64,000 bases of DNA from an uncultured Candidatus Poseidoniales archaeon. GTDB taxonomy: Archaea; Thermoplasmatota; Poseidoniia; Poseidoniales; Poseidoniaceae. Shown here piece by piece: positions 28,287-37,592 of this stretch. Within the stretch, counting starts at the first letter, position 1. Every line of letters starts with the position of its first letter. The translations under genes were made by a program, and so were the position numbers. The notes beneath the pieces were generated by a model that worked only from the letters and a program-made list of their open reading frames with translations, had not been told where the DNA came from and did not search any database. The DNA lies in assembly GCA_905182125.1 (NCBI GenBank), contig CAJJAV010000011.1, positions 9,934 to 73,933 of the forward strand, written 5' to 3'.

Positions 28287-29483
28287 TCACTTGTAGTGCA
28301 GACGGATGATGAAAGATTCAACTTGCAAATCATTCACCTTTTCATTCCTGATTTGCATGGTCCATTCACCATCGTCGTACGTGGACTCGGTGTCGGTGAA
28401 CATGTAGGATGAGAGGGTGAGGAAGACACAATCGTTGTCGTCATCGTTGCAATCGTCGCCGTCATCGCGCTGATCAAGTCCGGTTTCGGAAGTGTTGCTG
28501 GCTTCTTCGTCGTCTTCGTTAAGAGCGTGGATGTCGAGTTTCGCTCGGCAATTTGTAGCGCCAGGGAAAGCAGTTGTGCAATCACCGTCGACCTTTGGGT
28601 AGGTCAGTTCACCGACGAGTTTTCGAATGGTGTTGCCGTTGTCTTTGTCATAAACAACTTTGACATCAAAGTCCAAAGTGACGGCGTTGCCTGAGGTGTT
28701 GCCACCCATTTCAAAGTCAGACCATTGGCCCGCATATGAGACATAGACCTTGATGGAATCTGAATCGGTCATACCGGCACTGTTCTCGATGGTGAGGTGG
28801 AGTTGGTATTCACCAGGTTCAACGTTGTTCCAATCGACGGATTCGCCTGTGAGATCGGCATCATTTTCCGCGTCCCCATCATTGTCCGAATCGACATCTG
28901 CATTGAGGTCCCAGTTCCATGAGGTGATGTACTGCGAGGTGTCGCCAGATTCTGAATCGCTGGCATCGAGGTTGACAGTGGTGGTGGCTGAGATGTCTCG
29001 ATCGGTCATCGATTTGTCCATTTCACAGATCCATAGGACAATGTGAGTGGATTCGTCGAGGTCGTCGTTGTCGCAGTCTTCATCGCTGGCGTATTGGGTG
29101 ATTTCCGCCATCGGTGGCTGTGCTGTGGCTTCTACAACCGTGACATCTTTGGTTTGTGAAGATGATTTTGTGCCGTCTGAAACGCTCAGCTCAACAGTGT
29201 ATGTACCGGATTCTTCGAAGGTCCACTCCGTGGATCGTCCGGTCGCATCAATCGAGCCGTCGCCGGTAAAATCCCAGCGGTAAGTGATGCCACCGCTCGG
29301 GGTTGAGGCAGATGCGTCGAAACTGACAACATCGCCCGCTTTGAGGTTTGTAGTCGGAGCGTAGTTAAACACAGCAAGAACCTCATCACTGTCAGAGGTT
29401 TCTCCGTTATCAAAAATACACCCTGAAAGGCTTGAAAGAACCATTAGAGCGGCGAACATGAAGGGTACTGGTGTGGTCTTCAT
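28287..29483 (-). CDS. PKD-domain lipoprotein
   Basis: LSGC lipobox; FDASAS..Y.WDF.GDG and G.Y.V.L.V.D PKD motifs, twice. Confidence 0.85.
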   Translation of the reverse strand: MKTTPVPFMFAALMVLSSLSGCIFDNGETSDSDEVLAVFNYAPTTNLKAGDVVSFDASASTPSGGITYRWDFTGDGSIDATGRSTEWTFEESGTYTVELSVSDGTKSSSQTKDVTVVEATAQPPMAEITQYASDEDCDNDDLDESTHIVLWICEMDKSMTDRDISATTTVNLDASDSESGDTSQYITSWNWDLNADVDSDNDGDAENDADLTGESVDWNNVEPGEYQLHLTIENSAGMTDSDSIKVYVSYAGQWSDFEMGGNTSGNAVTLDFDVKVVYDKDNGNTIRKLVGELTYPKVDGDCTTAFPGATNCRAKLDIHALNEDDEEASNTSETGLDQRDDGDDCNDDDNDCVFLTLSSYMFTDTESTYDDGEWTMQIRNEKVNDLQVESFIIRLHYK

Positions 29484-29535
29484 GGCTCGTGTGTGAAACG
29501 CCTTGATGAAAAGGGCTTCCTTGGTTTATGTCGTT

Positions 29536-32214
29536 TCAGAACGAAAACAGCGAAGTTTGTTTGTTGCCGGAGACCAACTCTTTTGCCGTCCAACCAAACG
29601 CTTCTGTGATCCTGCCGAGGGCTGCTGCGAGACGTTCGGCGTAAAATTGGCCGTCATAAGCATCAACGCCGCCGTGTTCTTCATTTTCCAACCAAGGTTG
29701 AACACGCATTGGGCGATGGCTGGCGTCGGTCACGATGTAGGACACTTTCATCCCAGAGGTGAAACCAAGACCAAGAGCAAGGCGGGCTTTGGCAACCCTG
29801 ACTTGAGCCATACTATCGGGGTTGGCGTAATCCTTGCTGAAATCAACTTCACCATTGCTGCCCATTCGTCCTTTGCAGGATTTAGCAAGGATCAGAGACG
29901 AGGCGGGGACTTCGCGGTTACGAAGGGTGCGAACTTGAGTCAATGCATAACGGACAAGCGCATCCCCCTCATCGGCCAGGGCGTGGCTAAACATGCGTTT
30001 CATGGTCGTGGTCAGGTAAGAGAAGGAATCGGTTCGTTGAGTTTCATAGCCGCGGATCAGCATCTCATCGGCTGGATAGACGACTTGCCCGACATAGCGC
30101 TTTTTGGCACCGTGGCTGAAAAAGACTGAGAGGCCTTTCTCAAATTCCAACACCGCAGAATCACGGCTGTACCTTTCAGCGACCTCAAGACCAAAACGGA
30201 TCATCTCTTTCTTTGCGTCCTTCCATGCTTCCATATGAGTCACTGCGTCAGGTACTCCATCCTTTGCCGCCTGAATCTCTTCTTCCCTGAGGGACGATGG
30301 CGCTGATTCAGCAACGGGTGACCGAACGAAGATTGAATCGGTATCTGAATACACCACTTCGTGACCTTCAGCGTCAAGTTGAGCGATGATGGCCTTGATG
30401 TTGTGCCTTGCCCAGGCCGTGATCGAAGAGCCAAGGTCACGATGTGTGAACCGGTAGAAGCCGCTCGCAAAGACGCCGTAAAAAGAATTCATGAGGATCT
30501 TCACAGCATATTGCATTGCATCATGGAACGCCATTTTTGAGTCTTCATGTTCTTCTTTTGCTGTTTTTAAAGCCGCTTTGTGCTCATCGCGCTGAGCCAT
30601 CAGGTCCTCAAGCAAGGCAGGAACCAATCCTTTGCGTACCGATTGATGGCGGAACCTCGCCCCTGTCGGCGCCGTGTGCACTTCTTCACCTTCACTTGGT
30701 TGATCGTTTTGTACGGGATCAATTCGAGTCGTGTAACAGATGTTATGACCAATCATAATCGACGGGTACATGCTCTTGAAATCCAAAACTGCAATCCAAG
30801 GATGCAGACCAGCAGCGACTTCGTGGACGTATCCCCCGGTGATTTGGCCTTCTTTGGCCTCTGCAGAACCCGTAAGGGGGACGGCCACACCTTCACTGTC
30901 AGCAAGGCGAATCACGAGCGAATCGATCAACTGACTCGTGCTGCCGTTCGCCGCTGTGTCAAACGTGACCTTGGCCACAGCCGCAACAGCTTCCTTTCGG
31001 CGAATGACTTGCAGTTCGCCCAGAATATCGAGGGGGAGCGCTGCATCACGGATGCAATATTCGAGCACGACATCGGGGCGTGCTGCCCATTCGTCATCCA
31101 TCTTTGAAGCATCGACATCCATTTTGTGTTTGTCTTTTTGATCAGGGAACAACAGGTTGCTGATGAAGGAAAGGGTTTCGCGCTGTGGACGGAGTGCCAT
31201 CCTCGCTTGCCACCATGCATCGACAACGGTGCGCCCAGCAACGTTCCAAGCACGGGATGATTGACGGCGTGGAAACAATCCTGAGCGGGTTCGTTTCGCT
31301 TCGGATTCCGTTTGTTGGACGCGACCCCAACCAAACAACAAGGCTCGCTTCCGCCATTCTTTGGAACGGGCATGAACTGCCATACGATCGTTCAGGCGTG
31401 GCAAATCAAAGTTGTCGATGTTGTACCCAGTGATGATATCAGGATCTTGGCTTCGGACTACGAGGGTCAAATCTTCCATTATTTTGGATTCTTCACCGAC
31501 GAAGGAGAACGTTTGGCGGTGCCCATTGGACATGTCCTCAACAATCGCAGCTGCGCACAAGACAGTGTCGTGGGCGATGCTGGTTTCTAAGTCGAAAGAG
31601 AACACCTTGTATGGAACTGGAAAGGGCTCGCTTGCCGTGAGGTCCGCAAGCGTGCATACGATGGTGCAGTCGACTGCATAGCGACCAGCACCGCCTGCTG
31701 CACGAACCGCTTTGAGGCACGCTTCTTCGTCCTCATTATGACGCCTGTCGATGATGTCGCCTTCCAGAGCAAGGTGCATCCCGAGGCCCTGATCAAGGAA
31801 CAGGCGATTGAGAAATGGGATGTCACCTGAGAAGATCTGCCAGCTTTGTTTTGACAGGGCTTTTCGCAAACTTGGTACCACAAACGGTTGCCGCACCGTG
31901 ACGGTCCAAACAGGTCGTTGGCCTAAATCTGTGAGTTTCATTGTTGGCCCAGAGACATCGAGGACATCTTCCATCGTCCTGACCATGGCCAAGCGCCCAA
32001 GGACATGTTCTGGCACTTCCATACCTTCAGTCCAAGCCACAAGCGGGGAAATTTCGAATGTTGGCCGAAGACCATGGACTAAGGCGCACATCGATTCACC
32101 TTCTTCGGTGCGCCCAAACAATTCAATCACGGTTGAAGGCTCCTTGGAACCGTTCAGACCATCCACGGAATGGTACCGTCCGCTGACGACCCCCATTCTC
32201 CCTTCGAATCGCAT
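29536..32214 (-). CDS. polB: Family B DNA polymerase with 3'-5' exonuclease
   Basis: FDLET, YNIDNFD, YCIRD, DFKSMYPS, KILMNSFYG, YSDTDS, KKRY. Confidence 0.96.
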   Translation of the reverse strand: MRFEGRMGVVSGRYHSVDGLNGSKEPSTVIELFGRTEEGESMCALVHGLRPTFEISPLVAWTEGMEVPEHVLGRLAMVRTMEDVLDVSGPTMKLTDLGQRPVWTVTVRQPFVVPSLRKALSKQSWQIFSGDIPFLNRLFLDQGLGMHLALEGDIIDRRHNEDEEACLKAVRAAGGAGRYAVDCTIVCTLADLTASEPFPVPYKVFSFDLETSIAHDTVLCAAAIVEDMSNGHRQTFSFVGEESKIMEDLTLVVRSQDPDIITGYNIDNFDLPRLNDRMAVHARSKEWRKRALLFGWGRVQQTESEAKRTRSGLFPRRQSSRAWNVAGRTVVDAWWQARMALRPQRETLSFISNLLFPDQKDKHKMDVDASKMDDEWAARPDVVLEYCIRDAALPLDILGELQVIRRKEAVAAVAKVTFDTAANGSTSQLIDSLVIRLADSEGVAVPLTGSAEAKEGQITGGYVHEVAAGLHPWIAVLDFKSMYPSIMIGHNICYTTRIDPVQNDQPSEGEEVHTAPTGARFRHQSVRKGLVPALLEDLMAQRDEHKAALKTAKEEHEDSKMAFHDAMQYAVKILMNSFYGVFASGFYRFTHRDLGSSITAWARHNIKAIIAQLDAEGHEVVYSDTDSIFVRSPVAESAPSSLREEEIQAAKDGVPDAVTHMEAWKDAKKEMIRFGLEVAERYSRDSAVLEFEKGLSVFFSHGAKKRYVGQVVYPADEMLIRGYETQRTDSFSYLTTTMKRMFSHALADEGDALVRYALTQVRTLRNREVPASSLILAKSCKGRMGSNGEVDFSKDYANPDSMAQVRVAKARLALGLGFTSGMKVSYIVTDASHRPMRVQPWLENEEHGGVDAYDGQFYAERLAAALGRITEAFGWTAKELVSGNKQTSLFSF

Positions 32215-32373
32215 CTCGGCCCCTCCTAAAGGGCAACCGAGCCATCCTAAGTGGCTTCGCTTTGCTTTCATGGCCAAAGGGTGCCCAAACACGCTTATTG
32301 CGCATCAAACGCGGCAGGAATGCTTGAAAGGTGAACCTACATGGCTCAGAACGCCGTAGGCAAGGGGAATCAA

Positions 32374-33393
32374 ATGACTGAAGAAATCGACTGGGACAAC
32401 TTGACTTTTTCTTTGACCGCTACCGACACCATGTACCTCGCTGAAACCACGATTGACGAGCCATGGATGCCCGGTAACTTGCGCCCCTACGGGCCAATCG
32501 AGATGTCGCCTGCAGCAGGTGTTCTCAATTACGGCCAAGGCCTGTTTGAAGGAATGAAGGCCTACCGCACCTCAAAGGGGCGTGTGGTCTTTTTCCGACC
32601 TGAAGAAAATGCCCGTCGTATGCAACGCGGTGCTGACCGACTGAAGATGCCGCCTGTTCCAGAATCTGTGTTCATCGATGCTGTCGAGCAGTGCGTACAA
32701 GCGAACCTTAGGTGGCTTCCACCGACAGGGAAGGGCGCCATGTATGTCCGCCCCTTGCTGATGGGTTCAGGACCAATCTTGGGTGTTGCTCCAGCTCCGT
32801 CCTACACGTTCCTTGTCTATGTCACGCCTGTTGGCCCTTACTTCAAGGGCGGCGTGACCGCAATTGACTTGTTGATCTCAGAAGAATACCATCGCGCCGC
32901 ACCAGGTGGATCGGGTGGAGTCAAGGCCATCGGGAACTACGCCCCCGGTATGATGCCAAGCAGGAAAGCAAAAGCTGCTGGGTTTGCTGAAGTGATTTAC
33001 CTCGATGCAGAGACTCACTCCTATGTCGAAGAAGTCGGTGCTGCCAACTTCTTTTGCGTCAAAGACGGCGTGCTTTACACACCTGAATTAACAGGTACGA
33101 TCCTTCCCGGTATCACCCGGAACTCAATCATTGAACTTGCCCGACACAACGGCATTGAAGTTGTTGAAACAAAGGTTGAAGCAACCTTTGCTATGAGTGC
33201 AGATGAAGCATTTTGCTGCGGGACTGCTGCTGTCATTTCTCCAATTGGCTCAATCACCAAAGGCGACACAAAAGCCATCTATGGCGATGGAAAGCCAGGC
33301 CAAATCACCCAGCAACTGTACAATCAACTCGTTGGCATTCAAAACGAAGATGAAGAAGATATCTTTGGTTGGCTGCATGAAATTCCACGTTGA
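32374..33393 (+). CDS. ilvE: Branched-chain amino acid aminotransferase
   Basis: LNYGQGLFEGMKAY, YVRP, GVKAIGNY, EEVGAAN, ILPGITR, GTAAVI. Confidence 0.95.
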   Translation: MTEEIDWDNLTFSLTATDTMYLAETTIDEPWMPGNLRPYGPIEMSPAAGVLNYGQGLFEGMKAYRTSKGRVVFFRPEENARRMQRGADRLKMPPVPESVFIDAVEQCVQANLRWLPPTGKGAMYVRPLLMGSGPILGVAPAPSYTFLVYVTPVGPYFKGGVTAIDLLISEEYHRAAPGGSGGVKAIGNYAPGMMPSRKAKAAGFAEVIYLDAETHSYVEEVGAANFFCVKDGVLYTPELTGTILPGITRNSIIELARHNGIEVVETKVEATFAMSADEAFCCGTAAVISPIGSITKGDTKAIYGDGKPGQITQQLYNQLVGIQNEDEEDIFGWLHEIPR

Positions 33394-33396
33394 GCA

Positions 33397-33852
33397 TCAA
33401 CGCTTCTTGAAGCCCGAGCGTTTCTTAGTATTCGTGCTCGCCGGTTTTGCATCGCCACGTGATTTTCGCTGAGAACGAGCACGGCGATCACCTGTTTGAG
33501 GGCCCTTTGCGACGCGTTCTGCGTTCGCGTCTTTTTGTTCACGTTGCATTTGGCGCCATTGAGCACCGATGAGTTGGAGCAGTTCTTCTTTGGAGTTGGC
33601 GCCGACAGATTGTTTTGAACCTGCACGGGACACCCACATTCGACCTTCACCTTGATGGGGGCGTGCTGGATGAGCAATTCGCTCCTCACGCTTGATTTTC
33701 TTTAATCCGAGTTTGCGAGCAGCCAGAAATAATCCTTCGAGGTCTGGCTTGATGACTGAAGAATCCTTTGGAACACGACGGCCGCTCCTACGGGATGAGC
33801 GGGCATCAAAGTAGCCGGGCCACACGCAGATACGGTCAGGGTTGTGGTCCAT
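33397..33852 (-). CDS. srp19: Signal recognition particle protein SRP19
   Basis: CVWPGYFDARSSRRSGRRVPK, HP.RP...GR, SKEELL. Confidence 0.9.
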   Translation of the reverse strand: MDHNPDRICVWPGYFDARSSRRSGRRVPKDSSVIKPDLEGLFLAARKLGLKKIKREERIAHPARPHQGEGRMWVSRAGSKQSVGANSKEELLQLIGAQWRQMQREQKDANAERVAKGPQTGDRRARSQRKSRGDAKPASTNTKKRSGFKKR

Positions 33853-33916
33853 GTTGGTTCACCTTGTCCGGGGAGTTGTCCCCGATTGGTATGAACCCAA
33901 CGGAGATTGGTTCGCT

Positions 33917-34297
33917 TCACTCAATGAGTATGCCGTTGATAACGCCATCCTTTCCAGGACGGGAGGTGATCTTCACTCGACCTTGGTCGGTTTCGATGAC
34001 AGCCCCTTTGACGAGGATGTTTCGTCGGACGTAGTTAGGATCAGATTCATTCTCAACGACATTGTGAATGGTGCCGAGTGTGGTTTTACCGGACTTTGGG
34101 TTGTTGATGGAGACGCGGTTTTCTGACATCACACGAACGAGGGTGTTTCCACCTGTGCGTCGGTAAATCTTACGCTTTGGAGCACCAACAAGTGCCATTT
34201 GCTTCTCAGAGGAGATTTCGGTGGAACGCTTGCTGCGTGCCTGAACCTTGCGTCCGCCACTGGGTTTTCGTCGAGAGATACCGTGCCATTGTGCCAT
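33917..34297 (-). CDS. rps8e: 30S ribosomal protein S8e
   Basis: RRKPSGGR, RTGGN, RRNILVKGAVI, TSRPGKDGVING. Confidence 0.97.
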   Translation of the reverse strand: MAQWHGISRRKPSGGRKVQARSKRSTEISSEKQMALVGAPKRKIYRRTGGNTLVRVMSENRVSINNPKSGKTTLGTIHNVVENESDPNYVRRNILVKGAVIETDQGRVKITSRPGKDGVINGILIE

Positions 34298-34352
34298 AAA
34301 TATACCACCTTGCAGGCCAAAGCGACAAACAGGGCGTATATCAAATCAACCC

Positions 34353-34961
34353 TCAAGCACACTTCGTCGAAAGTTCAGAAACAATGGTGTCCTCTTGCTT
34401 TTTTAGCACCGCTTTGACAATGTCACCAGGATGAAGTTCCCCCACACCAGCGGGGGTTCCTGTGAACAGTAAATCGCCGCCTTGAACGGGCGCCCAGGAC
34501 TTCAAGTCCTCGATCTGCATGAGTGGTGTGATCGTCATATCGCGAACTGGAGCATCCTGAACGAGCGTCCCGTTGACCCACAGTTCAAGGTGCAACGCTT
34601 CGTACACATCCATGAGGCCATCCCACCCGCCGTACCATGGCGAGAAATGACCAACATAGGCACTGCCGCGGAAACATTTCCCTTTTGTCCATGGAAGTTT
34701 TTCATTTCGCAATTCCCCTTGAGTCAAGCGATCTGTCAGATCAAGGCCCACCGCAATGGCTTCCGGTTTACCGTCATGGCTCAGACGGACCACGAGTTCG
34801 ACCTCGTGGTGCACTTCACCAGGATGGCCTGTGACATCGATCGGACCTGAACGTTGCAGGCAATTCTCTGGCTTGACAAAAAAAATCGGGGTAGGGGGCT
34901 GTTCATTACCCAATTCAGTAGCGTGCTTGGCAAAGGTTCGGATGGTGCACCATAGGGCCAT
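34353..34961 (-). CDS. Fumarylacetoacetate hydrolase family protein
   Basis: HATELGN, FFVKP, HHEVEL, GLDLT.R, PWTKGK.F, GDLLFTGTPAGVG. Confidence 0.9.
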   Translation of the reverse strand: MALWCTIRTFAKHATELGNEQPPTPIFFVKPENCLQRSGPIDVTGHPGEVHHEVELVVRLSHDGKPEAIAVGLDLTDRLTQGELRNEKLPWTKGKCFRGSAYVGHFSPWYGGWDGLMDVYEALHLELWVNGTLVQDAPVRDMTITPLMQIEDLKSWAPVQGGDLLFTGTPAGVGELHPGDIVKAVLKKQEDTIVSELSTKCA

Positions 34962-35038
34962 ACTCCTGCCATGCGATTCCCCTTCATCAAGGCGGAGGTT
35001 GAGACAAGGGTCAAAGGGGGGCATCTTAACGACGACAC

Positions 35039-35548
35039 ATGACACGTGATTGGAGCATCCGAAAGCGGCGCCCTGTTCGCCGAAAGAACATCGCACCACT
35101 CCTCAAGACGCTCGAGGAAGCGCTCGACATCGATTTGTCTGTTGATGGCGCCTTTTTAGAAATGGCCGAATATGGTCCATGGCAAATGGTGCTGGTCGAT
35201 AAGATCGCGATTGGTGTCGAAGTCAAGAACGATGATGGTGAGCGCTTTGCTTTTCTTACATTGCGCGGATTTCTACAACAGGAAGACGCTAAGAAATGGG
35301 TGGAAGTGGACCATGGTGCCATTCCTTTTTTGATGAAGGGCGCCGATTGTATGGTTGCGGGCGTTCATGACGCCGACTCAAGCATAAGGGAAGGCGATTT
35401 GGTTTGGATCCGCGATATGACGCACAAACGCCCACTCGCAATTGGATGGGCTACCCTCGATGGCGCAGAACTCAAAACCAGCTCCAAAGGGAAAGGAATC
35501 AACACCCTGCATTGGGTTGGAGACGAACTTTGGGACATGGAAATGTAA
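35039..35548 (+). CDS. PUA-domain RNA-binding protein (DUF1947/MCT-1-like)
   Basis: VEVDHGAIPFLMKGADCMVAGV, LAIG, KGKGI..LHWVGDELW. Confidence 0.88.
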   Translation: MTRDWSIRKRRPVRRKNIAPLLKTLEEALDIDLSVDGAFLEMAEYGPWQMVLVDKIAIGVEVKNDDGERFAFLTLRGFLQQEDAKKWVEVDHGAIPFLMKGADCMVAGVHDADSSIREGDLVWIRDMTHKRPLAIGWATLDGAELKTSSKGKGINTLHWVGDELWDMEM

Positions 35549-35607
35549 CTGGTGTGGCCTGGGATGGCCATACGAACAATAAAAAATAACCAGACTGTCC
35601 TCATAAC

Positions 35608-36177
35608 ATGCAGTTCTCAAAAACCGTTAGTGCATTCTGTGTTCTGTTGCTCCTCGTACCGCTTGCTTCCGCCAGTGAATTGACAGGTGGAGAAGACAAA
35701 AATCCCACTTCTGATGAAGCACCCTTCAGCATCATTGCTCGTGACACACCGTCTGTTGACGGGCAAGTTTGGTCACTGTCCCTCGAAATGGATGAAGAGG
35801 AGCACGCCAACAACACCGTGTTCGAAATAGTAACTCAGATTTGCACCAATAATGGAGTCTGCGATCCACCCGTAGCCATGGATGCTTCCATCGATGAGCG
35901 AATGCACGTGATCAGCCTGACGCCCAATGCCGACCATACCTATGTCAACTGGCGAGTAAAGGCGGTTTATGACGACGGAAACACCACCAACTTCCCTCAA
36001 GGCGACTGGTACAAAACATGGTCCTCATGTTGGCAGAACGATGGTGAATACGGTGGCATCGATGCAAACACAGCAAAGGATGGTTGCTCAAGCGGGGATG
36101 AATCAGTCCCTGGATTTAGCCTGCTCGTCGCTGTGAGCGGTGTTGCAATGGCAGCAGCATTCACTCGCCGTGAGTGA
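35608..36177 (+). CDS. Secreted protein with PGF-CTERM anchor
   Basis: Signal peptide; VPGF + TM + RRE. Confidence 0.8.
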   Translation: MQFSKTVSAFCVLLLLVPLASASELTGGEDKNPTSDEAPFSIIARDTPSVDGQVWSLSLEMDEEEHANNTVFEIVTQICTNNGVCDPPVAMDASIDERMHVISLTPNADHTYVNWRVKAVYDDGNTTNFPQGDWYKTWSSCWQNDGEYGGIDANTAKDGCSSGDESVPGFSLLVAVSGVAMAAAFTRRE

Positions 36178-36571
36178 AGTGCTCGCTCACCCGTTCGATG
36201 AATCGGCGCTGCTCGAAGCCCCAATCGATCAGGACAACCTCACACCGATTTCGTTCTTGATTCAACGCCCCGTGGGCGAAGCCTGCTTGCTGTACATCGC
36301 TTGGCACCAGAGGTAGTCCCGGACATTCGACGATTACTAGGCAACCGTTCTCAACAACCGATGCTGTTCCAAATGGGAACGTGATTTCATTTTTGTTGAC
36401 CGTGGTGACCGTGATGTTTCCTGCTTTCAAAAACCGCACCAGTGCTGAAAGCAATGGGGCTCCATCCCCTTCAAGTGAAGTGCCGCCATAGGCAGAAAGG
36501 AAATCCAATTCCGTTGCGTTTTGCTCCATGAGGTGATCTAAATCGCGTTGCTTTGGACTGTCGTCACTCAT
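36161..36571 (-). CDS. Hypothetical protein
   Basis: Open frame with protein-like composition that fills the gap between neighbours. Confidence 0.6.
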   Translation of the reverse strand: MSDDSPKQRDLDHLMEQNATELDFLSAYGGTSLEGDGAPLLSALVRFLKAGNITVTTVNKNEITFPFGTASVVENGCLVIVECPGLPLVPSDVQQAGFAHGALNQERNRCEVVLIDWGFEQRRFIERVSEHFTHGE

Positions 36572-36659
36572 GGCGATCCCTACCTTCCGAAATGGGGGGG
36601 TGTTCTTGGTCGTATCGACTTTACGCAGGTGAAGCGTCCAAATCTTATGCAAACGAAAT

Positions 36660-37586
36660 TCATTCGATTGAGTTGATACCTTTTACTTCAATCGGAAACG
36701 TTTCGTATGTGGCTTGAATTTCAACAGAGCAGGGCATCTCGCAGATCTGAACACCATTTTCGATCAGGGTGATGGTGGTGGTTGCACCCCATACGGTTGT
36801 GTTGTCATTCTGGGCGACAATCAGGCACGGAGAAGGTGCTACAAGTTCTGAATCAAGCAGGGCGGGGAATACCGTTTCGTTGAGCGCAGCAACCATGATG
36901 GTTGGGTGGCGGCTTTCATCGGCTTGATTGTAATAGGACATAAATTGCACTTTGAACATGAGATCATCCACTTCGATGAGGTAAACGCCATCGTTCGGTT
37001 GGACCCTGTGTTCAGCCAAGTCGTAGGTGTACCATTCCAATCGCTCGCCAGTGTCATTGGAGAGTTCACTGGAGTTTTCCATTGTTGCCTCTTTAAACTC
37101 CACGCCTTCAAGGAAGCTCCAACGGACGCCATCAGCAAAAAACACATCCGTTTTGGAAAACCAGACGGTTGAATTGGCTTCATCTGTTTCTTTTTGACCT
37201 GGAAGGTCCAGATGAGTGAATTCCTCTTCATCAGTTGCGTCGATCACTGTCGTGAACGTTGAGCCATCTGCGCCAAGCGAGGCTGTTACTTTGGACTCAA
37301 GGTTGCTTTGCGTGGATTGACTACCAAACGAGCAGCTGTAGACTTCATCTCCCGCAGCAATAGAAAGTTGGACAGAAGACCACGAAAGATCTTCAGCCCC
37401 TCCTTCGAAACTGAGAACGACCAGTGAATCATCGCTTGCAATCGAGGCGTTCTGCCCCGCATCACTCACCATGATGGTGTTCTCAGTTCCGAGATCGGAT
37501 TCGTAATTGACCACGAGAAAGGTCCAGCTTGCAGCAATCCCTAGCAGGATGCATGTGGCAACGGCCAAAGAACGCTTCAACTTCAT
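36660..37586 (-). CDS. Membrane-anchored protein with HmuY-like domain
   Basis: N-terminal TM; WYTYD..EH.VQP...VYLI....FKVQFMSYY resembles the HmuY C-terminal signature. Confidence 0.65.
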   Translation of the reverse strand: MKLKRSLAVATCILLGIAASWTFLVVNYESDLGTENTIMVSDAGQNASIASDDSLVVLSFEGGAEDLSWSSVQLSIAAGDEVYSCSFGSQSTQSNLESKVTASLGADGSTFTTVIDATDEEEFTHLDLPGQKETDEANSTVWFSKTDVFFADGVRWSFLEGVEFKEATMENSSELSNDTGERLEWYTYDLAEHRVQPNDGVYLIEVDDLMFKVQFMSYYNQADESRHPTIMVAALNETVFPALLDSELVAPSPCLIVAQNDNTTVWGATTTITLIENGVQICEMPCSVEIQATYETFPIEVKGINSIE

Positions 37587-37592
37587 GCCGGT

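Noticed and set aside
29536-32214. Mobile-element or inactive PolB, or an intein
   Set aside because: All exonuclease and polymerase motifs are intact, there is no intein-sized insertion, and the context is housekeeping.
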